This document shows, piece by piece, positions 12,677-25,206 of a stretch of DNA of 64,000 nucleotides. The notes under the pieces are model-generated. The model saw only the letters and a program-made list of their open reading frames with translations. It did not search any database and was not told where the DNA came from. The position numbers and the translations under genes were made by a program. The stretch is from the NCBI GenBank assembly GCA_051530055.1, contig CM121342.1, positions 7,882,691 through 7,946,690 on the forward strand, written 5' to 3'. The stretch comes from Neoechinorhynchus agilis. Its lineage: Eukaryota > Animalia > Acanthocephala. Position 1 is the stretch's first letter. Each line of letters begins with the position of its first letter.

Positions 12677-13728
12677 GAGATTATCTCTTAGAATTTTCTT
12701 AATCTCAAAAAGAGTCCGTCGTTTTATTTTAATCTGGTTTTCAAAGTTCTGATCTAATCCAAAAATCGGTTTAAATTACGCCTCGAAAATCCTTTTTGAA
12801 TTTTGTGAGATTATCTCTTAGAATTTTCTTAATCTCAAAAAGAGTCCGTCGTTTTTAACGTTTTGATCTAATTCAAAAATCGGTTAAAATTACGCCTCGA
12901 AAATCTTTTTTGCATTTTGTGAGATTATCTCTTAGAATTTTCTTAATCTTAAAAATTAGCTCGTCGTTTTATTTTAATCTGGTTTTAACGTTTTGATCTA
13001 ATCCAAAAATCGGTTTAAATTGCGCCTCGAAAATCCTTTTTGAATTTTGTGAGATTATCTCTTAGAATTTTCTTAATCTTAAAAATTAGCGCGTCGTTTT
13101 ATTTTAATCTGGTTTTTAAAGTTCTGATCTAATTCAAAAATCGGTTTAAATTACGCCTCGAAAATCTTTTTTGAATTTTGTGAGATTATCTCTTAGAATT
13201 TTCTTAATCTTAAAAATTAGCTCGTCGTTTTATTTTAATCTGGTTTTTAAAGTTCTGATCTAATTCAAAAATCGGTTTAAATTACGCCTCGAAAATCTTT
13301 TTTGAATTTTGTGAGATTATCTCTTAGAATTTTCTTAATCTTAAAAATTAGCTCGTCGTTTTATTTTAATCTGGTTTTTAAAGTTCTGATCTAATTCAAA
13401 AATCGGTTTAAATTACGCCTCGAAAATCTTTTTTGAATTTTGTGAGATTATCTCTTAGAATTTTCTTAATCTTAAAAATTAGCTCGTCGTTTTATTTTAA
13501 TCTGGTTTTTAAAGTTCTGATCTAATTCAAAAATCGGTTTAAATTACGCCTCGAAAATCTTTTTTGAATTTTGTGAGATTATCTCTTAGAATTTTCTTAA
13601 TCTTAAAAATTAGCTCGTCGTTTTATTTTAATCTGGTTTTTAAAGTTCTGATCTAATTCAAAAATCGGTTTAAATTACGCCTCGAAAATCTTTTTTGAAT
13701 TTTGTGAGATTATCTCTTAGAATTTTCA
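12677..13728. repeat. ~131-bp tandem array, about 8 copies
   Basis: gagattatctcttagaattttc at 13051, 13182 and 13313 (period 131). Confidence 0.95.
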
Positions 13729-13833
13729 GTTTTATTACCGAATTATAATTTTATAAATGGGATTAAATTAGGCCTTAAAAGTTGATTTAATTTCGTGTAC
13801 ATAAATACCTTTTTTTAGTTTTGGTTTTCAGAA

Positions 13834-16829
13834 ATGAAATGTAGACTAGAAAAGGTATTTTTGTCATAGATGTTAAAGTTGCATAGCTAAAAATATTTTA
13901 TTCGGATATTTTTTTATAGATCAGATTGATAAAGTGTGCGCTCACGATTTATGCGCCCAAAACCAGTATCGAAAGAAGAAGAAGATTCTGAAATTAAACG
14001 GATACAAGAGATACTTAAGATAACGACAGAAATCGATTTGAATCCTAAAAGCGTCGACTTGGTCGTTTTCGAGCGTATGATAAAGAAACAGAATCAAATG
14101 ATTGATCTTGGGTGCCCTATTGATTCGAGCGGTGTACCCTTATCACCTTCCCAAACGAACTATGAAGCTATAAGTGAAAACGAGATAAGTTTGAATCAGA
14201 AATCTCAAAATGCTTCTTGGGTTCAGCGTTCGGTCGATAGTAATCAACGGTCAAAATCAGATCAACTCGATAAAACCGTTTGTTGTTTGTATGGTCGACA
14301 GAAATTAAAAACTCGAGAAGTAAACCTAAATGCATCATTACAAGTGCAGTTTGAAGCGATAAACAGTGATCAAAGGATCACATCGGCACCTGAACGAATC
14401 GATGACAATAACATATCGGATTCCAATAAAACCGAATTAAAATCATACACGAACGTAGAAAGCGATCCGTATTCGGTTGCACTTGGCCGAAAGTTAGAAC
14501 TGTGTGAGCGGGTTTTTAAAAGAAAACGCCGTAGATTTATATCCCGTTGTAGGAGGCCGTATAAACGTGAGTATAGCAGCCGACTGGATCGATCGAATCG
14601 TTATACAACATTCGAGACGGAGGATGTTCGGAAACCAAAGGTGCGGCGAATCGACAATAATGATCGTCAAAATTCGAGATATTCATCGTCCAATAATCGA
14701 TATATTCGTTCGAATAGAGATCGGCCATCGTCGCTTATTGGCAGTGATAAATCAATAGAAAGACGCGAAAGGAATAACCAAGAAGTGCAAAGTTTTCCAA
14801 TAAACTCAAATAAACAAAATGATGAAAGTGGATTGTTAAAAAGTGAACTGTCGCATGATTTTGAAAGTGACGAACAAAAATTTAGCAATCTTGAAGAGAA
14901 GATGACCGGATCAAGATCAGTAGAAGTTGTTAGTGCGCCTCAGACAAACCGGTCAATTAATGGAAAGGGCGATAAAAAAAGGAGATTTGATGCGGAATGT
15001 GAAGAGAAGAGATCCGAAACAGAAACACAAATTATTAAAGGGCGTGATAAATCAGTAGAGTTTAATCGAAAAGACGGTGAAATTAGAATGACCGAAGAAG
15101 TAATTGCTAAAAAACTCCTTGTCCCGAATAAAAACGATGTGAAATTAAAGGAAGTAGATTGTAAATCCATTGGTGATCGGACCTCCTACATAAACAAAAG
15201 CGAAACAAAGACAAGGAACGAATTTGTCGACAACCAATTGAAACGCTCTGATCAGTTTGAGAAGAAAAGCTGTCAGTCTAATGCTGACCCGCTCAAGCGA
15301 AAAATAAGTCCATGCATTCACGATTGCTCCAGTGAAACTTCATTAGAAGTGCATCTAAAAAGGTCCAAATTAGATTGTGAGAACACACGAGTTTGTCACG
15401 AAACTCCGAGATTAAAATGTGTCCAACAATCCGAACTAAGGACATCCAGCGATATAGATCAAAAGAATCAGACAAAAAAAGGTGCGGATTTAGTATTGGA
15501 TGATAGATGCAGAAATCCAAGAGTGCGTAAGTACTCGTTGACGCGCGATGGAAACGATCAATCGAACGTTATATCCAATTTTCCGATAAATCAACCAAGA
15601 CCGACCCTAGAATTACTAGTGGAAGCACAAACAAAATCGCAAAGCAAGGAACAAGCATTCGATTTTGATCATGGAAAAGTTCGCCGCCGTTCAGTTTCTC
15701 AAACTCTCAGTAGCGTTGAAGCTGCGACAAATACAACTGCAGGTGAAGGGAAAATGATCGCAAAAATACTCCCAACTGGAGAAGATCTACTAAAATTTGC
15801 AAATAATATTAAAGAAGAAGCAAACAAAATGGTATGTTGGCCCTTTTTTGGTAAAATAACACTTACAAACATTTAGACAAACTCACCCGTTCGGTTGCTC
15901 AAATTCGTTGAATCCGTTCCGTTTTATGGCTTATCTGCAGCTCAATTCCATAAAGAACAAGCAGGATTAAGCCGAAGAGTCGATGGTCTGATTAACGATA
16001 CCATTAACTTTGTTAGGTATATTGATTTTTGTTCAAAAAATCAAATGACGTTACCCGTATTTATTTTGCAGGCGACTAAAATTGTTTACCGATCCATCAT
16101 CGCAGTTCTTTGTGCAAGAAAACACACTCATAAAGGAAATTGAATATCTCACGTAAGTACTTGTTTAACGCATTCGTGGTGTGACGGAATTTTCCAATCA
16201 AAAATCATTTTGATTTAATAATTTTAGCTAAGTGCCAGAGAGAGTTCATTTTTAGAAAAAAAAACTAACGAAAATCAATGGGTTTATTATTTTTAAAAGC
16301 TAGACGTATGGCCTAATAAAAAATCAATAATTTACGAAGGTCTTTTTTTTCTTCAGCGATGATAATTGTACTAAAACTGTAACAGAACAAAGAGTATTCT
16401 TTTTGAATATTTTATCCGAACGAGGGGTTGGGAGGAAACCTTCTATTAACCCAGACATTGTTGCCTACGTTAAGGTCTCTCCTTTTCGCGATTCTGAACG
16501 AGCAACACTACTCATATTCATTTGGAATTCTTCAAACTTTATGTTCGATTGAACCGATTAACGCGACTGAATTTATCCGTCTATCGACTTACCACATTGA
16601 CGCCCAATTCTATTGGAACAAAGCACAACAAATGGTAGAATCTACAACTCCTAACAAAATCACCGGTCAGATTATTTTGTGTGTAAAGTGTGTCCCCTTC
16701 CATTACGTTTCGTTAGAACTCAAGCAAGCAATCGAAGTTCATTGCGATCGAATTGAATTAAGTACAGAATGTATGGAGCAGTATGCTTATGTGTATACGG
16801 GCATAAAGCATCTTGTGAGAAGAATGTAA
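13834..16829 (+). CDS. AFF: AF4/FMR2 family (AFF/lilliputian) super elongation complex scaffold
   Basis: N-terminal FMRPKPVSKEEEDSEIKRIQEIL ~ AFF [22 protein letters not shown]; long low-complexity middle; C-terminal homology domain (LLKFANNIKEEANKM; LRSLLFAIL; FYWNKAQQMVE; YAYVYTGIKHL) across short introns. Confidence 0.7.
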
Positions 16830-16838
16830 CTCGATCTC

Positions 16839-18860
16839 TCATCGTTGTTTCGTGGATGGCATGGGTTCGGCAGATTTCAACTGCTTCTTCAAACATTGAA
16901 TCTCTACTCGTTGACGACTCAGTACATTCCGCATCTCGTTCATCTCGTTCTGCTTTATCCGGGCAATGTCATTGATCGCATCGAGCCACATACTCTTGTA
17001 TTGATCAGAAGTGTTCATTAACGACTCTAACTGTCGTCTTAAATCAACGTTTCGAGATTTATGGAGAGCGAGTTGACTCTGAAGGAGAATTGTCTGCTCT
17101 CGTGATGTTGTCATCCCTCGAAGCTTGTCCATTTTGACACTACAATTCTTACTCTTCTGAGCATTCTAAACAACAAGTTTTTTCAAAAAAAAGCCAAACA
17201 CTCTTTGTAAATATTACAAAACATCAACAAGAAACCTTTAAGAGAAATTTAAGTTCCGATTATCGACTTTTTCTAACAACATTTTTTTTCGAACCGAAAA
17301 AGGACGTTAGAAATTGTTTTTTTTTCTAACAAGCGATTTTTCCAATTACGATACCAATCGCTCATTTTCTATGACTACGATTTCCGAAAAATATGCGAAA
17401 CAACAATTTTTTCCCAACACGTTTTGTAAACCTCGTGATTCATCCGTTCTTATGATCATTAAACCAATAATTTGGCGATTTTGTTTAGTAGGTATTAGAA
17501 AATTGTCAAATTATTGGTTCGGTGCTCATAAGCACCCATAGATACCGAATAAAAGTTACCGGCTAGCCAGATTTCCCTCCAAAAAACACAGAAAAAATTC
17601 AATTTTACCAGAATTAAATCAAAACTGGCACAGTTTGTACATTTGTGTAGTTTTTGTGAAGAAATTATTCATTATAGTTTCAATTAGCGATGTTTGATTC
17701 GGCCTTTTCGTTTTCTTCACTCAATTGTCTTTTACGACTGAAGAAAACGAAAAGGCCGAGAATTTTCAAGATAAATCTATTTCTGAATCAAACATCGCTA
17801 ATTGAAACATTTCTGTAGTTTCATATATCATTGTCCTCGGGGCGAATTAGAAATTGTACGTTGGCGAATCCTGTCCCCGGTGTTGTCGTTACACACGATC
17901 TAACGTCGTAAACACTTGCAAACAATAGCGTCTGAAGAGGCAAGGAAAACCTTGTAAAATATTTCTCAAAAAAATGAGTATCTATAGCACCGGGGACAGG
18001 ATTTGCTAACGTACAATTTCTGTAGTTGTTAGGGTTCAATCTCCATGATTGCCGATGACTCTTACGGCCCAAGGGAGGAGGAAACTCACTGATGAGTCTT
18101 TTGCCTTAAGAGAGATCGGTTTGGCTATTTGGCCAAGGAGAAAAAGTATTAGCCCTGAAGAAAGGCCACACATAGATATATTTTTTTGGAGAACATAATC
18201 CTCCGGCCAAACAAAGATATTTGATTTATAGAGAAATATTTCGAAGGAGCTAAACTTCGCATCATCAGTCGAGGAATATATACATGCGGTCGAGAAAATC
18301 AGCTGACAATCCAATGAGGCGAAGTTTAGCTCCTTCGATCTATAAATCAAATATTTTTATATAGCCAGAGAATTATGTTCATCAAAAGTATAAACTTTGA
18401 TTAACCCTAAAGGATTTTCTGTGTCGATGACATAGATACCGAATAAAAGTTACCGGCTAACCAGATTTCCCCCTCCCCGAAAAAACGTTGGAATTCAAAA
18501 CATTTCACTAACCTTCATTTTCAATATATCCAAATCTCTTTGTAAGTGTTCCAATAGTCCGGTATTGGTAGAGATTAATTCTTCTAATTGTCCACTGAGG
18601 CTCCTTTCTTCTTTTTTAAGCTGTATAAGCCGATTAGCAATTGAAATGTCTTTGGTAGGCATTGCATGTTTCACTTCCATTTCTCTTAACTTAACCCTTT
18701 GCTGCCTAATCGCTAATTCCTTCAATTGCGTCCTCAATTCAACGGTCGTTTCTTCATTCTCCTTTATTTTTTTTAGAGCAGCCTCCTCATACCAACGCTC
18801 CTTTTCCTTGAAAGCCCTACTCAACTCAATGAGCCGTGAAGCAATTCGATCAATGGACAT
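16839..18860 (-). CDS. Two-exon coiled-coil protein (~225 aa), unidentified; exons 18860-18513 and 17165-16839
   Basis: Phase-0 donor AAG|GTTAGT at 18513/18512 and phase-0 acceptor ttgttgtttag|AAT at 17166/17165 join two coiled-coil ORFs in frame. Confidence 0.6.
17699..17759. other. Perfect 21-bp-stem hairpin (pre-miRNA-sized)
   Basis: tcggccttttcgttttcttca / tgaagaaaacgaaaaggccga are exact reverse complements around a 19-nt loop. Confidence 0.9.
17849..18021. repeat. 34-bp inverted repeat (fold-back) with ~105-nt spacer
   Basis: Arms 17849-17882 and 17988-18021 differ at 2 positions, both G.U on the + strand. Confidence 0.9.
18079..18477 (+). mobile_element. Copy of a dispersed hammerhead-core repeat family, interrupted by a ~260-bp fold-back insertion
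   Basis: Matches 26617-26637 (20/21 nt), 37931-38009 and 17536-17580; 9-bp direct repeat acatagata at 18170-18178 and 18430-18438. Confidence 0.7.
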
Positions 18861-18971
18861 TATTAATATTTTAATTTCCGAGATACGTCATCTTTCGCTT
18901 CTCGTTTGATTCTTCCCTATCTAAACACATTCTCAACGCCTTCGTTCGTTGTTCGTTAGAAACGAAACAAT

Positions 18972-19565
18972 ATGGCTTCTTCTCAGGTGATGGATCCTAA
19001 AGTTGATCCCAAAGGAAAGAATCCAATGCGCGAAATCAGCATTCAAAAACTTTGTGTGAACATTTGCGTCGGTGAAAGTGGAGATCGACTCACAAAAGCT
19101 TCTAAAGTTCTGGAGCAACTGACCGGTCAAAAAACCGTCTTTTCTAAGGCTCGATATACGATTAGATCGTTTGGAATTCGACGTAACGAGAAGATCGCAG
19201 TGTTTTGTACTGTCCGAGGACGAAAGGCAGAAGAGATTCTAGAAAAAGCTTTAAGGGTGAAAGAGTTTGAGCTGAGAGCCAATTGTTTCTCAAGCACTGG
19301 AAACTTTGGGTTCGGAATTGACGAACATATCGATCTCGGACTTAAGTACGACCCAGCGATTGGAATCTATGGTCTTAATTTCTATGTCGTTCTTGGAAGA
19401 CCGGGAATGTCAATCAGTAGCCGCCGAAAAAAGAAGTCTAAAGTCGGATTCTCGCATAGACTCACTAGTGCTGATGCTAAAAAGTGGTTCCAACAAACAT
19501 ACAAAGGAATCATCTTGCCAGCACTTGCGAAAAAGAAGAAACGGTTTGTTAAGAAAAGACGTTAA
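18972..19565 (+). CDS. RPL11: 60S ribosomal protein L11 (uL5), intronless
   Basis: [37 protein letters not shown]...[11 protein letters not shown]...[25 protein letters not shown]. Confidence 0.99.
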   Translation: MASSQVMDPKVDPKGKNPMREISIQKLCVNICVGESGDRLTKASKVLEQLTGQKTVFSKARYTIRSFGIRRNEKIAVFCTVRGRKAEEILEKALRVKEFELRANCFSSTGNFGFGIDEHIDLGLKYDPAIGIYGLNFYVVLGRPGMSISSRRKKKSKVGFSHRLTSADAKKWFQQTYKGIILPALAKKKKRFVKKRR

Positions 19566-20026
19566 AAATGAGCTTTTTAATGCGAGTTTGTGCATGTTCT
19601 TACATTTTAATGACGGAAAAATTGAAGGAGCAATGTTGTTTTGGTTGTCGATTTGTGAAGACGATGTACCGTAGAATTATTGTTTAGATGTAACGTTTTT
19701 GGTGGATGAACCCGACGATGCTCACAGAAAGTTTTAAACTCTTTATCGGATGAAGACTTCTAAAAAATCGGTCGAAAAAAACGCCACCGTCAAAATAAGT
19801 TGGCGCTACTTTTACACAAAATGTAAAGTTCAATTTATTCCGAAAGCTCGGTATTCTGTGACCGTTTACGATTGAGGTTGAGCGAGTCAGGCAAAAGTTC
19901 ACTACTAAACAAAAATAAAGAGTGCAAGTTAAGTGACGTTAGAACTTTTTTTCAAGGTGTTGTGCTGTCACAACTTCTCTCTAATATTTTTTAGTTTTAC
20001 AATAATAAAGTACAAAACGTGCAATC

Positions 20027-21420
20027 GTCACCGTCCGCAAAATCTTAGCTTCTCTCCTTCCTCGACTATCGCTATCACGCTAGCAGCATTGCCTCGTTGT
20101 ACTGCGAGCGAGATATTTTGTCGCAGGAATACACCTGCTCGTGCGTCGCCGGTCGTTTCTCTCAATTTCTTCGAGAGATCCTGGAGCAGAGTGAGTGCCA
20201 AGCTGCCAAGCGATCCATAAGTCTCTACTCCGAAGGGGACAAAATAGTGAGTCCTTGCTAATTCGCTATATTTTCGTACCTTCCTCGCTTCCGCTGAGAG
20301 AGTAGAAAATGTTGCTTACTGCGAGGGCCGTCCCAGGGTAGGCATTTGCCCTCCCACCACGGAAAGATTGAAAATCCGCCGGCGGGTTCCAAGATGTTGG
20401 GGAACTTCCCGGTTTTAAACGCCCGAGAAATTACGCTATTGATCACAGAATGGCGTGAGAACCTTCCTCCTGACTTTCGGCAAACGAGACCGTGTCGCCC
20501 GAAAGCATCAACCAAAGACCCACATCGACAGCGATCGGGCGTGCATATCGGAAGACCAAGTCTTTAGGACACTGCGATCCTCGTTACCTCGTCAGTAAGA
20601 AGATTTCCCACTGATGCCAGAAGAACAGCCTCCAACCACGCCCCAGATTCTCGTGTCGAAACTGCCAACAGTCTAGCTCGGACGACCCCATCGCGAGAAC
20701 CTGAAAGTAGAGAGCTGTTAGCTCTCGCGACGAGAGGTCTGTCCCAAATCGACTGTCTGACGCCATTCACGGGAACATGGTTAGCGCCTGTCTGCTGGCA
20801 CCATTCTTCAACTGCCACCACAAAGTCTTGGTCAAGACAAAACTTTCTCCTCGGAATTATCTTCGCTATCGGTTGACTCCCCTCATACGATCCAAGATGG
20901 CAGAGGAACAGCCTCCAACCACGCCCCCGACTCTCGTGTTGAAACTGCCAACAATCTAGCTCGGACGACCCAATTACGAGAACCTGAAAGTAGAGAGCAG
21001 TGAGCTCTCGCTACGAGAGGTCTGTCCCAGATCGACTGTCTGAGGCCATTCACGGGAACATGATTAGCGCCTGTCTGCTGGCACCATTCTGCAACTGCCA
21101 CCACAAAGTCTTGGTAAAGACAAAACTTTTCCCTCAGAATTTTCTTCACTATTGGTTGACTCCAACATACGATCCAAGTATGGCTGGCAAGGCAAGGTCT
21201 ACTAGCACCCGAATGCCCACTACCCCAGATGACACATGCAATGAAGCTTGTCGCCACGCCTCATCTGAGAGCTGGACATTGAAAATACGCTCGAGACAAG
21301 CCCTCACCTTGTCGTCAAGCTTAGCCAATCCTTCCTTATGTTTGAAGAATGTTGTTGTATGGACCTTATATAACAATTTGGGGATAAAGAGTGCGTTCTT
21401 TATCAGAAATAACGCTTCAT
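20027..21420 (-). mobile_element. Decayed CRE-type non-LTR retrotransposon 3' portion (Zn knuckle + restriction-like endonuclease) with an internal ~0.3-kb tandem duplication
   Basis: VDAFGRHGLVCRKSGGRFSRHSVINSVI; LEPAG; PW..G.CLPWD; YFVPFGVETYG; LRQNISLAVQRGNAASV; RARLLAVSTRESGAWLEA present twice. Confidence 0.85.
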
Positions 21421-24400
21421 GAGCCGAAACGGCCGCTCCGGAGTCACGAGTTTCAGACCTGGAGCTACGGCCTCGAACCCATCCATTAGGTCCTTCTTTC
21501 TTTCAGTCCCTAACTTACTTTCCTTCAGTCCCTAACTTTCTTTCAGTCCCTAACTTTCTAACTTTCTTTCGCGATGATCGGACTTGATGTTACTGATTCT
21601 TGTCGGTCACGTAAAAGAAGCAGCTCCGGCAGCCAGACAGCTACTGATAGTAGCCCGTCAACGCGGGGTCGGTGTACCGCTCCACTTGGTGATGCGGCAG
21701 TGAACAGGAGTAACAAAATCCACCAGTACAACGAGAAAAAGCGAGGGCGTCGTAGCTCTCGCCGACGACTTGAGCGTCGAAATGAGCGAAACTGTCGCCG
21801 GAGGCAACGAAAGCGTCAGTCGAAGCTCATCACCGTGGTTGATACGGACTGTTCAGGTGGCGCTGACAGCCGTGAGCCCTTTGGCTCAGCTATTTCAAAT
21901 AGAAGAGGACTACAAATCGGATCCTTGAATTGTAGGAGTCTGCGAGCGCAATGACGTAGGGGAACCCTGGCCAAATCGGCAAGAGACGCCAGAATGGATC
22001 TTGTGTTTTTACAAGAATTGCGCATAAGAGGCCAGTCAGACACAGACGTAAATCAGGAGGATTTAGGAGGAGGCTGGTCATTATCCTACCTATCTGCGGA
22101 CAGTCGAGGAAATGGAGGTATAGGCGTTTGTTTATCACCCCGCCTCCGAAACTCAGCACTATGCACTATTATAACTGACCGAATCCTTCGTGTCAGCATA
22201 AAGCTTCGGTCGAGAAATCTCTATGCTTTTGGCGTGTATTCACCGACCTCCTCGTCGGATGAAGAGGCGGTTGAAGGATTTTATGAAAATCTAGCCGAAG
22301 CATTAGATGATGTACCGAACAGTTACACCCTCCTAATAGCCGGTGACTTCAACGCGATTTTATCGCATTCCGAAAGATCGCTATATGTGTTGAAAGGCGA
22401 GAATCAGAACAGCCGGTTGAGGCACTGGAGCGGCATGATCTCTTGTCTGCTAACACTTTATTCCGGAAGCGTCCGTGGCGTTTGGCGACGTTTATGGGTC
22501 AAAAAATCCGTCCAAACATGCCATGGGAAAAAATCCCAAGAGACGCTTAGCTCAGCTTGACCATATATTGTTGAGACGTAGGGAAAAATGTCGCGTCAAA
22601 AAGGCTGACACGTTCACAGTTGATGGGCTGCCAACCGACCACAGATTGGTGATGTGTCAGTTGAGCATGAGAGACTCGTTGTTCCGTACGCCTCAACATC
22701 CTCCACGTCCGTTCTATGGCGCTCTCGCTAATGAGGAGAAGAGGAAAGAGTTCGATATCGAACTAGAGAATCAACCGAGCTCGATGCCAGCTGCTAAAAC
22801 GGATATTGATTTTTCTTACAAATCAATCTGCGACGCAGTGACCAAAGCGGCCGAGAAAACCCTCCTAAAAATTAGGCGTATAAAAGCTGCAAAGGTTATA
22901 TGGCAAGAGAACTGTGAATTTATGGCAATGGCTAAGCAGATCAAAACTCTAAGAAAAAGAGGAAAACGATATGAGGCTCGCATTGCAAGTCTTGAACTTG
23001 CCAACCTCTATAATGAAAAGCAAAAAGCTTCGATAGAGGATGCAGTTCGCGGGATCGCATATAAGGAAGGTTTTGTTCGTACCTCCTTAGCATGGAGAGC
23101 GATAAACATTCCCACAGGAAGATCCCAAAGACAACCAACTTTGATTGAAGGTCCCTCCCCGGAAATCAGAAAAAAGAGAATCGCAAATTATTTTGCGGAA
23201 ATTCTCAATTCGCCATTATCGTCTTTGGAAGTGAGTCCTGCACTTCCAAAAGGCACAATCGTCCCAAGCACTGAGGCATAGTTCACTGGACCGATTTCCG
23301 TAAAGGAAGCGATCGCTGCGGCGAAAATGATGCGTGCGGGACGTGCATCAGGCCCAGATGGGATAATGGCAGAGGTACTGAGGTTTGAATCTATTGCCAG
23401 AAAAATCATACCGATAATGAATGGCATAATGAATGGTGGCTCAGTACCTCAAATCTGGCAAACGGCGCATTTAACAATGATCTCCAAGAAATGCTGCTCG
23501 ACAAAGGTGGAGGACTACAGAGGTATATCCTTGATGTCCAACACGGCAAAACTTTTCAGCAGCATTTCGAGACGCCAAGTTCAGCCAATCCCCGAACCGT
23601 TTCTAAGAATTGAACAGAACGGCTTCAGGAAAGGTCGAGGCATCACAGAGCACATATTGGCTTTGGGGAGGATCCCGAAGAGGCACGAATTCATCAAACG
23701 GATGTGATGCTGGTATTTGTTGATTTCCGTCGAGCTTTCGATTCGGTAAATGGAACGATGAGTGACGGTACCTTAAAAGAGTATGGAGTGCCGCCGATCA
23801 TTGTCACATCCGTTATGGCACTATATAAAAACACAAGGTCCGCCGTAAAGACAGCTGACGGTTTGACAGAATACTTTTCCACCACTTCAGGTGTTCTGCA
23901 GGGCGACACATTAGCTCCTTTCCTCTTCATCTTGGTGCTTGATTGGGTAATGAGATGGGCACTACCGAATGATGAAGATGTATTTCTTCTGTTGAATAAA
24001 AGAGGTCGCAAGTATCCTGAGAGACGCGCCTCCTACATGGCATATGCCGACGACATCGTATTGATGTCCTCAACAGTCGAAGGAGCTCAACGCATGCTAA
24101 ATAGACTGTGCGAGAGGGAGAGTATGATTGGTCTGACCATCAACTCGAAAAAGACGGAATTCTTGACGATTCCGCTGGGCAATTAAAACAGATAGAGCGG
24201 TATGTCTATCTGCGAGCTGTCGTTCCTGAGGTGAGTGCGGATGTCAGCCGACGGAGAGCTATAGCTTGGAGAGCAATGGGGCAACTTAAACCACTGTTTG
24301 ACAGTGAGTCTTTGCCGGATGAACTCCGTTCGCAGCTGTACAGGACTCTAATTGAGAGCATTCTCTACTACAATGAAGAGACCTGGACACTGTTACCAAC

Positions 24401-24812
24401 GGCGACGAGGCAGTTTTACCAAAATCATTCATCTCTCTTACGTACGGCGTTCAAGGTCAGATGGTCAGATAAAGTGACCAACAAAGCACTGTATAAGAGA
24501 GCTGGAGTCCAACTGCCCAGTGAATATTTGCGCCGCAGACGACTGCAGTTCACGAGCAATATAATTCGGTCCAAGGCATCTTGCCCACAGGTCGTGCAAC
24601 AGTTCCTTTTCTGGAAGCCAACGACATTGTATCGTAAAGGCAAAGGGAACTGTCGTGCATACGATGACCTCATTTTAAGAGACGCGAATTGCCCGCATAA
24701 CAGGACTGCTGTCGTGTATTTTAGATCCCTTGCGGAGTCTAATTCTATTTGACGGGCTTATACCTACGGTGCAACGTAGGAAAGTACCGTTGCATACAAA
24801 ACAAATACAATT
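21421..24812 (+). mobile_element. Near-full-length but frameshifted APE+RT LINE (RTE-like)
   Basis: APE motifs IGSLNCRSL, DLVFLQELR, GDFNA, LDHILL, TDHRLV; RT motifs GPDGI, YRGISL, QNGFRKGR, FVDFRRAFDSV, GVLQGDTLAPFLF, YADD; several frame breaks; (CAA/TACAA)-like tail. Confidence 0.92.
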
Positions 24813-25206
24813 AGGTCCTTGACTTTGGCGGCGTCTTCGATATTTAATACCAGGAGCTCACACCCATTCTCGCAGTCTCCCCAATCAGCGTCTCAAAATC
24901 GCGCAGTAAAACGGAGGCTAAATATCGCATCAATCCTTCCCAGATTGTTCTTCGCAACGATCTTTCTCAGCCTGAACTTCTGCACTTATCCGCGCGGCAG
25001 ATATTAACATTGAGTTCAATGTAGGAGTCCAATTCATCGATGGAACATTCGATGCCATTTTATTGCTTTGCTGGGTTAATTCGCTTTGGGCCGATGATAA
25101 ATTTAATAATCTGCCGCGGTTTTGTAAAGATCGAAATTAGACTGGACGAAAACTAATTATTGACAAATTCAATTCGAACGTTAACAAACAGACAATTTTA
25201 AAGATG

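Noticed and set aside
16380-16430. Apparent frameshifts in AFF and in CAMSAP (~52.9 kb)
   Set aside because: Resolved by canonical 46- and 47-nt GT-AG introns.
17699-17710. U2 snRNA-like TCGGCCTTTT
   Set aside because: Only 10 nt; the flanks do not match U2.
18030-18045. tRNA B-box-like GGTTCAATCTCC
   Set aside because: No A box or cloverleaf; no tRNA recognised in the window.
18089-18158. Active hammerhead or C/D snoRNA at CTGATGA...CTGA
   Set aside because: GAAA and stem III are absent; box C lacks the purine; there is no terminal stem; only an 8-nt match to 18S as recalled; better explained as a deleted family copy.
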